A DNA stretch of 59,317 nt, filler included. It is 5 parts of 5 records of this genome, joined end to end, with 100 filler letters (N's around TTAATTAATTAA, not from the genome) between each part and the next. Parts side by side here need not be neighbours in the genome. Positions count along the whole stretch, not along the records: positions 31,916 to 42,156 come from SRR20825006_1912; positions 42,257 to 51,779 come from SRR20825006_1914; 3 more parts are not named here. One strand, written 5' to 3'. Shown piece after piece: positions 37,915 through 48,476 of this stretch. Under the pieces are notes generated by a model. It did no database searches. It was given only the letters and a program-made list of their open reading frames with translations, and was not told the DNA's origin. A program made the position numbers and the translations under genes. Every line of letters starts with the position of its first letter. The first letter of the stretch is position 1.

Positions 37915-38070
37915 GGAGGGTTCCGGGCTCATTCTGTGAAGGGAAAGGAATAGTCTAGGGGCTGGCCGCCACAAATGCGATAGGTCGGGGTCGAGTCAGG
38001 GGCGCCGCTGGCCTATAATTGGCGCACCTTTCACGGTCGACACACACCCACACTACGACAGGACAGCCTC

Positions 38071-38724
38071 ATGGATCAGGATGCGCTGAAAAAGCAGGTG
38101 GCTGAAGCCGCGCTGCGCTTTGTCCCCGAAGGGGAAATCATCGGCGTGGGCACCGGCTCCACCGCCAACTTCTTTATCGACGGACTGGCCTCTCTGAAAG
38201 ACCGCATCAAGGGCGCGGTAGCCAGCTCGGATGCCACCGCCGAGCGGCTCAAACAGCATGGCATCGAGGTCATTTCATTGAATGACGTGGGGAACCTATC
38301 GGTGTATGTGGACGGCGCAGACGAAGTGAACAGCCACCGGGAAATGATCAAAGGCGGCGGCGGCGCACTCACCCGGGAAAAAATTGTCGCCGCCGCAGCA
38401 CGGGAATTCATCTGCATTGTGGATGCCTCCAAGCAGGTGAAACGCCTCGGCGCGTTTCCGCTACCGGTAGAAGTGATCCCCATGGCCCGCTCTTATGTGG
38501 CCCGTAAACTCGTCGCACTGGGTGGGCAACCGGAATACCGCGAAGGCTTTGTTACGGACAACGGCAATATCATTCTGGACGTCCACAACCTGGATATCAC
38601 CAACCCGATTGAACTGGAAACCACGCTCAACAATATTGTCGGCGTCGTCACCAATGGCCTGTTCGCCAAGCGGCCTGCCGACGTGGTGCTGGTAGGCGAA
38701 AATGGCACCGTGAACCAATACTGA
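38071..38724 (+). CDS. rpiA: Ribose-5-phosphate isomerase A
   Basis: GVGTGST, DGADE and [12 protein letters not shown] motifs. Confidence 0.97.
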   Translation: MDQDALKKQVAEAALRFVPEGEIIGVGTGSTANFFIDGLASLKDRIKGAVASSDATAERLKQHGIEVISLNDVGNLSVYVDGADEVNSHREMIKGGGGALTREKIVAAAAREFICIVDASKQVKRLGAFPLPVEVIPMARSYVARKLVALGGQPEYREGFVTDNGNIILDVHNLDITNPIELETTLNNIVGVVTNGLFAKRPADVVLVGENGTVNQY

Positions 38725-38774
38725 GACGACAGAAACCGTTAAAAACTGTTCATCAATCAATGCTCAAAAGAACC

Positions 38775-38808
38775 AAAAAAAGGCCGCGAATCGCGGCCTT
38801 TTTCTTTT
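38775..38808. terminator. Bidirectional Rho-independent terminator
   Basis: A-tract-GGCCGCG-AAT-CGCGGCC-T-tract between convergent genes. Confidence 0.85.
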
Positions 38809-38821
38809 CCCGGAAAGAATA

Positions 38822-39349
38822 TTAATCCCAGAAGTTATACCAGGATTTTTCTTTCTTCTCAGCGTCCGCCTTGGCATCCGCTTTCGCCTCCGCATTGACA
38901 CCTGCGGCACCCGCTTTCATTTCAGCGTTGGCATTGGCACCAGCCCCTTGCGCATTATTCATGGCATCTTCATGACGTTGACGCGCGGCGTCACGGTTCT
39001 CTTCCATTTTTTTCATGTTGGCTTCGTGCTTGGCCCGGGCATCATCACCCATGGCGTTTGCGTCATCCTTCATGGCATCACGCTTTGCCTTGGCGTCTTC
39101 TTTCATCGCGTCATGGCGGGCTTTGACATCGCTCTCCATTTGATCGCGCTGCGCCCGCGCATCTTTTTCTGCCTGCTTGGCATCTGCTTTTGCCGCATCT
39201 CGCTGGTCACGAACAGTCTGTTCAGCAGCATCGGCATCTGCCTGAGCATTCACGGCAGCATTGACGCCTGCATTCAGGTCTGCCATGGCAGCCTGACTCA
39301 ACAAGACCGCACCGGAAGCAGCGGCCAACATCCATTTACTGTTCATCAT
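38822..39349 (-). CDS. Secreted Ala/Asp/Lys-rich helical repeat protein
   Basis: Signal peptide (AMA|D); 11-residue repeats; C-terminal KSWYNFWD. Confidence 0.75.
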   Translation of the reverse strand: MMNSKWMLAAASGAVLLSQAAMADLNAGVNAAVNAQADADAAEQTVRDQRDAAKADAKQAEKDARAQRDQMESDVKARHDAMKEDAKAKRDAMKDDANAMGDDARAKHEANMKKMEENRDAARQRHEDAMNNAQGAGANANAEMKAGAAGVNAEAKADAKADAEKKEKSWYNFWD

Positions 39350-39450
39350 AGACTCCTTGTAAAAACACAAAATTCCCTAGTCAGGAACCGTGAATCCACA
39401 TTGTTACAAAGCTGCAACGGGCTCAAGTAACAAAGCGTAAAAAAATGGCT

Positions 39451-40410
39451 TTACGCCAGATACTCGTCAATAATCGCGAAAATTTTACGTCTGAACGCTT
39501 CATTCTCATTGGCAAGTTGGTGACGAGCCCCGGGCAGCATACGAATATCGGGGCTTTCAAATTTTTTCTTGATCATCTCCAGGTTGTATTGCCAATCAAC
39601 CGTTTCATCCTTGTCCCCCTGAATCACCACCGGCGACACCTTTATTCGCGACGCTTTTTCAAAACCCGGCATCCATTTCTTCAGGGCGCTCACCCAGATG
39701 GCGGAAATACGCCGCGCCTGCAACGGGTCCCTGTTTTCCAGAAAATCGAGGAAATCCGGATCGTTGGAATTGATGGTAAAAACCCGTTTCAGGGTTTTGG
39801 CAAACGGGCTGACCACGGTGTGTAACCAGCGCGCGGTTCCCCACTTGAACGGTCGCACCAGAGGTGCCAGCAGAATGACCTGCTCAAAAGGGTTTTCATC
39901 ACCCTCACCACGGCTGACCAGGTAATCCATCACGATGGCACCGCCGGTACTTTGGGCAATCACATGCCAGGGCTTGGGAAAAGAATTGGTAGCCAGTGAC
40001 AGACATTGCTCCAGCACGTCGCGGTAGGTACGGAAATCGTCGATCACGGCCTGCGGGCCGGTGCTCAGACCATGGCCCGGCAAATCATAGGCCAGCACCG
40101 CATAACCCAGTTCCAGCACATGTCCGATTACATGCCGGTACAATCCCACATGGTCAAAGTAACCGTGACAGATCAGCACCGTGCCACGGGACTGATGGGG
40201 CGGCCTGGGTCGCCAGCCATGCACGGAAAGCATATGCCCCGCCGCCTCGAAATAACCGAAGCCATGTTCCAGGTCCGGCAGGCGATCGGCAAAATTGAGA
40301 CCGTAGTACGCCACATAGCGCTGGCTGGATTCACTCAGCGGGTCGAAAGCCTCCCAATTCAAGGGCTGCCACTGCTGAATAATCTGATCGCGATCGAAAG
40401 GGTTTGCCAT
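39451..40410 (-). CDS. Alpha/beta hydrolase (lysophospholipase-like)
   Basis: HGYFDH, DLPGHGLS, nucleophile AQSTGG, QGDKD and RHQL.NE motifs. Confidence 0.88.
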   Translation of the reverse strand: MANPFDRDQIIQQWQPLNWEAFDPLSESSQRYVAYYGLNFADRLPDLEHGFGYFEAAGHMLSVHGWRPRPPHQSRGTVLICHGYFDHVGLYRHVIGHVLELGYAVLAYDLPGHGLSTGPQAVIDDFRTYRDVLEQCLSLATNSFPKPWHVIAQSTGGAIVMDYLVSRGEGDENPFEQVILLAPLVRPFKWGTARWLHTVVSPFAKTLKRVFTINSNDPDFLDFLENRDPLQARRISAIWVSALKKWMPGFEKASRIKVSPVVIQGDKDETVDWQYNLEMIKKKFESPDIRMLPGARHQLANENEAFRRKIFAIIDEYLA

Positions 40411-40480
40411 AGCCGGTAACGGGTCTCCACGGTTTACTCACGGCACCTGCCGATAATACGGGCCTGGGAGGAATCACACC

Positions 40481-41125
40481 ATGCATCTGACAGCCGATAC
40501 ACTCAAGGATTTGCCCCGCGGGGAGCGGGTCAATCTGGTCAATAGCCTGTCCGGCTTCAAAAGTGCCAACCTGGTGGGCACCCGCTCCAAGAGCGGGCAG
40601 GAAAACCTGGCCATGGTTGGCTCCTGTTTTCATCTCGGGGCCGACCCGGCCTTGATGGGGATGATTCTGCGTCCGCATTCGGTGGATCGGCATAGCCTGG
40701 AATACCTGCAAGACACGGGCGTTTATACGCTCAACCAGGTCCATGCTGACATCCTTGAAGCTGCTCACCAGACCGCCGCCCGTTATCCCCGGGAGATCTC
40801 CGAGTTTGCTGCTACCGGGCTACGCTCGACCTATCTTCCCGACTTTTCCGCCCCCTTCGTGGCGCAAGCGCGGATAAAACTGGGGATGGCAGTGAGGGAA
40901 GTGCAAACCCTGGCGATGAACAACACCGTGCTGGTGATCGGTGCCATCGAACATATCCTGCTCCCCGACGAGGTGCTGGGCGATGATGGCTTTGTGGATA
41001 TTGAACAGGCCGGGACGGTGGCCCTGTCGGGACTGGACAGCTACCACCGCAGCCAACGTATCGGCCGTCTGAGCTATGCCAAGCCGGACCGGCCGGCACA
41101 CTGGCTGACAAACCACGAAGACTGA
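40481..41125 (+). CDS. Flavin reductase-like FMN-binding protein
   Basis: NSLSGFKSANLVGT..NLA..H.GADP..RP and SGLDSYH..RLSYAKP motifs. Confidence 0.85.
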   Translation: MHLTADTLKDLPRGERVNLVNSLSGFKSANLVGTRSKSGQENLAMVGSCFHLGADPALMGMILRPHSVDRHSLEYLQDTGVYTLNQVHADILEAAHQTAARYPREISEFAATGLRSTYLPDFSAPFVAQARIKLGMAVREVQTLAMNNTVLVIGAIEHILLPDEVLGDDGFVDIEQAGTVALSGLDSYHRSQRIGRLSYAKPDRPAHWLTNHED

Positions 41126-41452
41126 TCAGGCGGCGGGCGCTGCCTGAGTCAATGCCAGCCAGCCCCACCAGCCGGTTAACATCAGGATCGGCAGCGCCAG
41201 CAGCAGCCCCCATAACACCAGCCGATTGGCCCAGGGGTTCAGCGTCGGGTGACGCAGCGCAAAACACGGAGACGCCGGCACGGGCAGCAGCAAAATCGCA
41301 ACCCCCCATAGCCAGCGCCGCTGACCGAATGCTGTCAGCATCAAACTGAGCCAGCCCATCCACAATATGCCCACCCCCACCGCAGACAACATGGCCAGCG
41401 GCAACGCCAACCACTGGTGCTCAATATAAAATTCCAGCAATGTATTCAGCAT
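41126..41452 (-). CDS. Hypothetical membrane protein
   Basis: 108 aa with three hydrophobic segments; start uncertain. Confidence 0.65.
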   Translation of the reverse strand: MLNTLLEFYIEHQWLALPLAMLSAVGVGILWMGWLSLMLTAFGQRRWLWGVAILLLPVPASPCFALRHPTLNPWANRLVLWGLLLALPILMLTGWWGWLALTQAAPAA

Positions 41453-41644
41453 GGCCCGCCATTATTGCGATCAGAGAAGAGAGGATTCAGTGCATTGTCC
41501 TCTTCCCCCACAAGCAGTCAACGCGCGTAGCCATGCCAATGGCGCCAACCTTGCTCCAGATCAAGTTGACCACAATGCGGGAACCATATCGGTCGGCACG
41601 CAGACTAACGGCTAAAGACCCATTCCGAACCACAAGGATCCACC

Positions 41645-42073
41645 ATGAACGCATTCCGTCTCCCTCTTCTGCTGACCGGTACCGTACTGGCACTGGCTGC
41701 CTGCACCGGCCAACCCACCAGCGGGGCGCACACCATGATCGAAGAAAACCAGTTACGGGGAGATGTCTGGTCCGTCACCTCACTCAACGGTGAGCCCGTA
41801 GGTGACGCCACCCTAACCCTGAATTTTCATCAGCCCGGCCAGCTGGCCGGAAAAGCTGCCTGCAACAACTACATGGCCAGCTATGTGCAGAACAAGGACA
41901 GCTTCACCATCCAGACCGGTGGCATGACCATGAAAGCCTGTCCGCCCCCGCTGATGGACATGGAGCGGCAATTTGTGGATGCCCTCAAGGGCATCAATCA
42001 CGCCAAGCTTAACAAGCAGGGGCATCTGATTCTGACCGGCAGCGATGGCATCAGGATTGAAGCCAGCCGGTAA
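41645..42073 (+). CDS. META-domain lipoprotein (HslJ-like)
   Basis: Lipobox LAAC; GKAACNNY..Y and TMKAC..E..F..L motifs. Confidence 0.88.
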   Translation: MNAFRLPLLLTGTVLALAACTGQPTSGAHTMIEENQLRGDVWSVTSLNGEPVGDATLTLNFHQPGQLAGKAACNNYMASYVQNKDSFTIQTGGMTMKACPPPLMDMERQFVDALKGINHAKLNKQGHLILTGSDGIRIEASR

Positions 42074-42156
42074 AAAGGCCACGTGAATTAGAACGGCATA
42101 ACACCCGCCAAAGCCGCTTGGTAGCGACGCCGAAAAACAAAAGGCCGCACCCAATT

Positions 42157-42256
42157 NNNNNNNNNNNNNNNNNNNNNNNNNNNNNNNNNNNNNNNNNNNN
42201 TTAATTAATTAANNNNNNNNNNNNNNNNNNNNNNNNNNNNNNNNNNNNNNNNNNNN
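42157..42256. other. Artificial contig spacer
   Basis: 100-nt N run with TTAATTAATTAA. Confidence 0.99.
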
Positions 42257-42457
42257 GTTCATCCGGTTCAAACAGCGCAGGAAGGTGGACTTGCCACAGC
42301 CCGACGGACCGATAAAGGCGGTGACGGTTTTATCTTTGATCTCGACGTCCACGTCTTTGATCGCGTGGGTGTCGCCGTAAAAAACCTGTACGCCTTTGGC
42401 CGAGATTTTGGTGTCGTTCATGTCCACGTCTCTTTTCACAATTCGCATATCGTTCAT
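42257..42457 (-). CDS. pstB: Phosphate ABC transporter ATPase, 5' part (truncated)
   Basis: [22 protein letters not shown]. Confidence 0.94.
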
Positions 42458-42470
42458 GGCTCAGACCTCA

Positions 42471-43829
42471 TTACCAGCGACGCTCAAAGCGGCGACGCAG
42501 AATGACGGCGATGATGTTCATCGTCATCAGGAACAAAAGAAGGATGATGATGCCGCCCCATGCCCGTTCATAATAGGCGGGATCGGCACGTTTGGCCCAT
42601 TCGTAAATCTGGGCCGGCATCGCGGAGTTCGGATCAAGAAAGCCGGAGGCGATCCCGTCGGGCATGTTGGAGGCGATAAAGCCCACCATCCCGATCAACA
42701 GCAAAGGTGCGGTTTCGCCCAAAGCCTGAGCCAGACCGATGATGGTCCCGGTCAAGATTCCCGGCATCGCCAAGGGCAGCACATGGTGGAACACCGATTG
42801 CATTTTCGAGGCCCCAACCCCCAAAGCGGCATCGCGGATCGAGGGCGGCACAGCTTTCAATGAGGCGCGGGTCGAAATGATGATCGTTGGCAGGGTCATC
42901 AGCGTCAACACCAAACCACCGACCAAAGGCGCGGATTGCGGCAGGTGTACGAACTGGATGAACACGGCCAGACCAAGGATACCGAAGACGATCGAAGGCA
43001 CCGCCGCGAGGTTCGAGATATTGACCTCAATGAGATCGGTAAAGCGGTTTTGCGGCGCGAATTCTTCGAGGTAGATCGAGGTGGCCACACCGATGGGCAG
43101 CGACAGCAAAAGCACCACGATCATCATGAACAGCGAGCCCATCATCGAGACCCCGATCCCGGCCTGTTCCGGCCGACTTTCGGACGCGTCGGAACCTAAG
43201 ATGAAATCAGCGTTAAAGGTGGTTGCCATCAACCCGGCTTTTGCCATCGCATCGGCGATGTCGAGATGTTCTGAATCGAGGTTTTTGTCGCGGATCAAAG
43301 CATCGCGGGTCACGCGGCCTTTGAAATAGCCATCAACCCGCGAGGAGGCCAAAAGGCGGAACTCGACCGATGTACCAACGAGCGAGGGATCTGCCAAAAC
43401 CGTATCGCGCACTTGGGCAGCCACAGAGGAGGACAGGAGTTTTTCAACATCCTTTTCCTTTTTGAACGGGATGGCGATCCCCGCGTCTTTCAATGCCGTG
43501 ACCAAAGCGTTGGTCACCACCGGCTTGTAGCCAAAGGTGGAGACTTTCGACATTTCAGCGACATCGCGGTTGCCGGTTTTGTCCAAAGCAGACTCGGTCA
43601 ACTCCACCGGAATGGTGATGAAGGTCTGTTTGAATGCCGGAATGCCGTTGGAGAAAATCGCGACAAGCAAAGCGATAAGGAAGAACAAGCCAACCGCAAT
43701 CGCGGCCACGCCATAGGCTTTGAACCGGACCTCGGATTGGTTGCGCCGTTTGGTGCGTTTGGTTTCGTCATAGAGCGAGGAGGTGCTCTTTTGCGGGGTC
43801 GGTTGCGTATTTGCGGTCATATCGGACAT
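42471..43829 (-). CDS. pstA: Phosphate ABC transporter permease PstA
   Basis: IYLEEFAP, NLAAVPSIVFG, AQALGETAP and RRRFERRW motifs. Confidence 0.95.
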   Translation of the reverse strand: MSDMTANTQPTPQKSTSSLYDETKRTKRRNQSEVRFKAYGVAAIAVGLFFLIALLVAIFSNGIPAFKQTFITIPVELTESALDKTGNRDVAEMSKVSTFGYKPVVTNALVTALKDAGIAIPFKKEKDVEKLLSSSVAAQVRDTVLADPSLVGTSVEFRLLASSRVDGYFKGRVTRDALIRDKNLDSEHLDIADAMAKAGLMATTFNADFILGSDASESRPEQAGIGVSMMGSLFMMIVVLLLSLPIGVATSIYLEEFAPQNRFTDLIEVNISNLAAVPSIVFGILGLAVFIQFVHLPQSAPLVGGLVLTLMTLPTIIISTRASLKAVPPSIRDAALGVGASKMQSVFHHVLPLAMPGILTGTIIGLAQALGETAPLLLIGMVGFIASNMPDGIASGFLDPNSAMPAQIYEWAKRADPAYYERAWGGIIILLLFLMTMNIIAVILRRRFERRW

Positions 43830-45301
43830 TAGTCATACTGCTCCCGGTATTTGCGCACGATATAGAGCGCGAAGATGTTAAGCGCGAGGGTGATCACAAA
43901 CAACGTCATCCCCAAGGCAAAGGCCACGAGGGCTTCGGGCGAGGAGAAATCGGCGTCCCCCGTGAGCTGCGACACGATTTTGGCGGTCACGGTGGTCATC
44001 GCCTCAAACGGGTTGGCGGACAGGCGCGCGGCGGCCCCTGCCCCAAGCACCACGATCATGGTTTCCCCGATGGCGCGCGAGGCGGCCAAAAGGATCGCAC
44101 CGACGATGCCCGGCAAAGCGGCCGGCAGGATCACCTGTTTCACCGTTTCGGATTTGGTCGCACCAAGGCCTAAGGAGCCATCGCGCATCGCCTGAGGCAC
44201 GGCGTTGATGATGTCATCAGACAGCGAGGAGACGAAGGGGATCAACATCACCCCCATCACCAGACCTGCGGTCATCACGGCGGTGCCGCCCTTCATCCAA
44301 TCAACGCCAAGCGCGCCACCGTCACCGAACAGATTGACCAAAAGCGGCCCGACCGTCAGCAAAGCGAAGAGACCGTAAACGATGGTCGGGATGCCTGCGA
44401 GCACTTCGAGCAAAGGTTTGGCGATCGCACGCACTTTCGGACCGGCGTATTCCGACAGGTACACCGCGGCGAAAAGCCCGATCGGAACCGCCACCGCCAG
44501 CGCGATGAAGGAAATGTAGAACGTGCCCCAGAACAGCGGCAGGATACCAAGCTCGGAACCGCCGCCAAAGGAGGGCGACCATGTCAGCCCGAAAAAGAAA
44601 TCCTTGGCCGGATAGAGTTTGAAAAACTCGATGGTATTGGAAAACAGCGACAGCACGATGCCAAGCGTGGTGAGGATGGCGATGGAGGCTGCGCCGATCA
44701 ACAACGCCAGAACCACTCTTTCGACCGAATTGCGCGAGCGTTGCTCTTTGTTGGTGCGCAGATAGGACAGCACAAAACCCAGCACAGCCGCGCCCAAGAC
44801 CAGCGCAGTCATCAACCAGAGACCGCCATTGGACAGGGTGCGATATTTCTGTGCGGCTTGCAAAACATAGGGTTCCACATTCGACCCAAGCGCCACACCG
44901 ACCGCGCCCAGACGCGCACGCACATCGGTGAACTCGGAGCGAATATCGCGGGCTTGCTCATGGGTCATCGCCCCTTCGGCGACTGCCACATCAAGCCCCT
45001 CCGCCACCCGGCGCACATCCGACATCACAAGATTCAAAGAGCCAGCGTCCGTATAGGCGCGCTCAGGGATCAAAGAGGTCACCTGGCTTTGAATGACCAT
45101 CGGTTGCGCGATCAACCAGATCACCATGACGGCAAAGCCGGGGATCAAAGTCGCGAACAAAACGTTGGCACCATAATAATTGGGCAAAGAATGCAACTGA
45201 CGGATATCGCCATGTGCATCTTTGAGCGCACGCATGCGCCCCAGTACAAATCCGATAAGGCCAAGGGCCAGAACCAGAACGAAAAGCCACAGAATGGGCA
45301 T
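43829..45301 (-). CDS. pstC: Phosphate ABC transporter permease PstC
   Basis: YLSEYA, AGIPTIVYG, SRAIGETMIV and VRKYREQYD motifs. Confidence 0.95.
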   Translation of the reverse strand: MPILWLFVLVLALGLIGFVLGRMRALKDAHGDIRQLHSLPNYYGANVLFATLIPGFAVMVIWLIAQPMVIQSQVTSLIPERAYTDAGSLNLVMSDVRRVAEGLDVAVAEGAMTHEQARDIRSEFTDVRARLGAVGVALGSNVEPYVLQAAQKYRTLSNGGLWLMTALVLGAAVLGFVLSYLRTNKEQRSRNSVERVVLALLIGAASIAILTTLGIVLSLFSNTIEFFKLYPAKDFFFGLTWSPSFGGGSELGILPLFWGTFYISFIALAVAVPIGLFAAVYLSEYAGPKVRAIAKPLLEVLAGIPTIVYGLFALLTVGPLLVNLFGDGGALGVDWMKGGTAVMTAGLVMGVMLIPFVSSLSDDIINAVPQAMRDGSLGLGATKSETVKQVILPAALPGIVGAILLAASRAIGETMIVVLGAGAAARLSANPFEAMTTVTAKIVSQLTGDADFSSPEALVAFALGMTLFVITLALNIFALYIVRKYREQYD

Positions 45302-45430
45302 AAGGCGCTTCCTTGCAGATTTTGCAGAACAGGTCAGAGCGGGCAAACGGACGGAGTGTAACGCCCGTTCGGATGAAAAGCGGCGCGAGGAGTCCCGCGC
45401 CGCTCCAATGTCAGATCAAAGCCACAAGGC

Positions 45431-46456
45431 TTAGTTCATGGTTGCTTCGTCGGATACAGCCGCTTGAACCGCAGCCAATTCCGGGTCAGACACGAGACCG
45501 TATTCGGCGAGCGGGCCGGACGGGCCAGCCATGTCGTCGGAGACGAAGAACTCAGCATATTCTTTTACGCCAGGGATCACGCCGATGTGGGCTTTCTTCA
45601 CGTAGAAGTACAGCGGGCGGGACACAGGGTATTCACCGGTCGCGATGGATTCGGTGGACGGAACCACACCGGACATGGTCGCAACTTTGAGTTTGTCGGT
45701 GTTGTTTTCGTAGAATGCGAGACCGAACACGCCGATGCCATTGGTGTTGGCGTCGATGCGAGCGAGCGTTTCGGTGTAGTCACCGTCGATGTCGGTGGAC
45801 ACGCCATCGGTGCGCACTTTGAGGCACTCATCGCCTGCGTCCATGCCAGCAGCTTCGAGCAAAGCCGCAGCGCCAGTGGCTTCACAACCCTCGGCAAGAA
45901 CTTTCTCTTCGAACACTTCACGGGTGCCGTGTTTGGTGCCCGGAATGAAGGTTGCAATTTCAACAGCCGGGAGATCGGCGTTGAATTCATTCCACATTTT
46001 GTAGGGGTTGTCGACCAGCGCGCCGTCTACGACCACTTTCGGAGCCAAAGCGTTGAACCAATCGGACGGGGTAAAGGCGGTGAAGGCCGGGCCGTTCAGC
46101 TGGGAGGCGAACACGATGCCGTCATAACCGATGCGGACTTCCATGATGTCGGTCACGCCAGCTTCAGCACAAGCAGCAATTTCTTTTTCGCGGATTTTGC
46201 GCGATGCGTTGGCAATGTCGATGGTGTTTTCGCCAACGCCTTCACAGAAGCGTTTGAGGCCAGCGGAAGAGCCGCCGGATTCAATGACCGGTGTCGGGAA
46301 ATCAAAGTTTTCGCCAAAGGCTTCGGCTACGATCGAGGCGTAGGGAAGAACGGTGGAGGAACCGGCGACTTGCACCTGGTCACGAGCGGCGGCGGCAGTG
46401 GCCGAAACGGCTGCGATCGCGATCGCAGAGGCGGTCAGTTTCACAAAGGACATCAT
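45431..46456 (-). CDS. pstS: Phosphate ABC transporter substrate-binding protein
   Basis: Signal peptide; AGSSTVLPY, NASR and YPVSRPLYFYVK motifs. Confidence 0.93.
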   Translation of the reverse strand: MMSFVKLTASAIAIAAVSATAAAARDQVQVAGSSTVLPYASIVAEAFGENFDFPTPVIESGGSSAGLKRFCEGVGENTIDIANASRKIREKEIAACAEAGVTDIMEVRIGYDGIVFASQLNGPAFTAFTPSDWFNALAPKVVVDGALVDNPYKMWNEFNADLPAVEIATFIPGTKHGTREVFEEKVLAEGCEATGAAALLEAAGMDAGDECLKVRTDGVSTDIDGDYTETLARIDANTNGIGVFGLAFYENNTDKLKVATMSGVVPSTESIATGEYPVSRPLYFYVKKAHIGVIPGVKEYAEFFVSDDMAGPSGPLAEYGLVSDPELAAVQAAVSDEATMN

Positions 46457-46535
46457 TTGCTCCTGAATTTGCTTTATGTCCGAGAGCGACATTGCTCCCT
46501 CAACGGCGGGTTTAGGGGGGTCTCGCAATGGTTTT

Positions 46536-46564
46536 GTGAAACTAATGTAACAGTTTGATGACAG
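46536..46564 (-). promoter_or_regulatory. Pho box (three tandem half sites) upstream of pstS
   Basis: CTGTCAT-CAAA-CTGTTAC-ATTA-GTTTCAC with 11-bp periodicity. Confidence 0.85.
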
Positions 46565-46698
46565 ATGCCGGGAAATTCCTAGACATCTTGGCGATTAGCC
46601 TAGGTAAAGCCGCAAAAAACCCCGCCAATGTGACAGTGCGTTAGGAATTGTGACAGCCTGTTCACCCCTGATTTGCGGGGAAAATCCATAGATTTGGC

Positions 46699-47766
46699 TT
46701 ACTGATAGGGCAAAATGACCGAAAAACAGCTGCCCCGCCCGGTGTGGCTTTCGATCCTGAGCCGCCCGCGGTGGCGGTTTAGAATATGTTTTACAATCGC
46801 CAAACCCAGCCCGGTTCCGCCCATTTCACGCGAGCGATGCGAATCTACCCGGTAGAACCGTTCGGTCAGGCGGGGGATATGTTGCGAGGCGATGCCATCG
46901 CCTTGGTCCGACACATCCACCCGCACAGCTTGCGAACGCATCGTCGGTTCGACCGCATGTGAGGTCAAACAGATGTGCACCTCTTTGCCCGCACCGCCAT
47001 ATTTGATCGCGTTCTCGATCAGATTGGTGAACACTTGCGTCAATTGGTCAAAATCTCCGGGCACCTCTTCGACCCCCTCCACACCCTCAAGCGTCAAGGT
47101 CACATTGCGTGCCCGCGCCACAGGGTGCAAGGTCAGGACCACAGAGCGCAACAGTGCCGAAATATCCACCCGATCCGTCGGACGCACACGGCGTTCGGCC
47201 TCAACCCGGCTCAGCGACAACAGATCGCCGACAATCCGGTTCATCCGCTTGGCCTCGCGGTCCATGATCTCCAAAAACCGGGTGCGCGCGGCAGTGTCAT
47301 CGGCGGCCGGACCCAGCAGGGTTTCGATAAACCCGAGCACCGCTGTCAATGGCGTGCGCAGTTCGTGGCTGACATTGGCCACAAAATCGCGGCGCATGTG
47401 GCCAGCCTCCTGAACCTCGGTCTTGTCCTCAAAGGCGACCGTCACACAGGCAAAATCGCCGACAATCACCGGGCGCACAAACACGTCATAGACCAAATCG
47501 CGCTGACTTTCCGTCACGCGATACACCGCCTCGGCGGGTTCTGAGAGGCGCAAGACGTTTTCAATCGCGTCCAACAACATGGGTTGACGCAACACCGTGA
47601 TGTAATGCCGCCCGACCATGGCGTCGGAAAACAGGGTGGCAGCGAGGGCATTGGCGGCCAAAACCCGTTCGTCGCGTCCAATCACCACCACAGGCAGGGG
47701 CATCGCGCGCGCCATTTCGGTCACCACATCTTCCCCAAAGGCCATTTCTTTTATCACGCTGCGCAT
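46699..47766 (-). CDS. phoR: Phosphate regulon sensor histidine kinase
   Basis: PAS; DFVANVSHELRTPLT; NLIENAIKY; RLTERFYRVD..RSR..GGTGLGLAIVKH; next to pstS. Confidence 0.9.
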   Translation of the reverse strand: MRSVIKEMAFGEDVVTEMARAMPLPVVVIGRDERVLAANALAATLFSDAMVGRHYITVLRQPMLLDAIENVLRLSEPAEAVYRVTESQRDLVYDVFVRPVIVGDFACVTVAFEDKTEVQEAGHMRRDFVANVSHELRTPLTAVLGFIETLLGPAADDTAARTRFLEIMDREAKRMNRIVGDLLSLSRVEAERRVRPTDRVDISALLRSVVLTLHPVARARNVTLTLEGVEGVEEVPGDFDQLTQVFTNLIENAIKYGGAGKEVHICLTSHAVEPTMRSQAVRVDVSDQGDGIASQHIPRLTERFYRVDSHRSREMGGTGLGLAIVKHILNRHRGRLRIESHTGRGSCFSVILPYQ

Positions 47767-47806
47767 GGGATCACTTTCTTTGTCTGCGTGGGCCTACCCA
47801 CATCAT

Positions 47807-47824
47807 GTAACCTGTCTGTGACAA
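47807..47824 (-). promoter_or_regulatory. Pho-box-like site upstream of phoR
   Basis: TTGTCAC-AGAC-AGGTTAC. Confidence 0.55.
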
Positions 47825-47980
47825 CGGGGGCTGTCAAACTGGTGCTTGCTCAAATTCCGTCTCTCAAATTCCCATTTTGCGAATTATTTCGGTTTTGATA
47901 AAAAGATTGTTGCAATTTCGATACTTTACCCGTTTGCTCGAAGAGGACATGAGAGCGTAAACATACAGGACCCCTGCCAT

Positions 47981-48403
47981 ATGGGTACCGTTCGACAGAA
48001 CATTTTTGGCGACATTATCGCTCTGAACCGGGACACGCACCTGAACTCTTCAGGCATGGTCTTGATGGTGGGCGAGCCACTGCTGATGCAAACCCTCAAA
48101 AAGCATTTCCCTGAACGGTCCGGCGTCTTCTTTATCGAATTTGCTGATCTGTCTCGTGAAATCTTAACTGCAATCAACCCGGATAGCGTCGTGGCCCCGG
48201 CCATTTCGGCGCATTTTGATTGTCTGGAATTGGCGGCGTTCCTCAGTTCCGTCGATTACAAAGGCCTGTTGCGCGTCATTGCCAAAGACCTGCCGAGGCC
48301 GGAGATTGTGCGCAACGAAGTGCGGCAGCATTACCCGCATTTGGACTTTGACATCATCATCCCGGTGCGCCCCGTGCCGCGCAATGCCAAGGTGATGCAC
48401 TAA
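47981..48403 (+). CDS. Hypothetical protein
   Basis: P..V.AP....FDC.ELA..L....Y.G..R.....LP.PEIVR.EV pattern recognised from Rhodobacteraceae hypotheticals; start uncertain. Confidence 0.65.
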   Translation: MGTVRQNIFGDIIALNRDTHLNSSGMVLMVGEPLLMQTLKKHFPERSGVFFIEFADLSREILTAINPDSVVAPAISAHFDCLELAAFLSSVDYKGLLRVIAKDLPRPEIVRNEVRQHYPHLDFDIIIPVRPVPRNAKVMH

Positions 48404-48476
48404 CAGGGTGATGCGTCAAAAGACCCTATGAAAGGGCGGAAAAGCCAAACCACCCAGACGAATCTGGATCACGGGC

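Noticed and set aside
20286-47766. Co-occurrence of pit and pstSCAB/phoR as one phosphate system
   Set aside because: They are on different contigs from different organisms.
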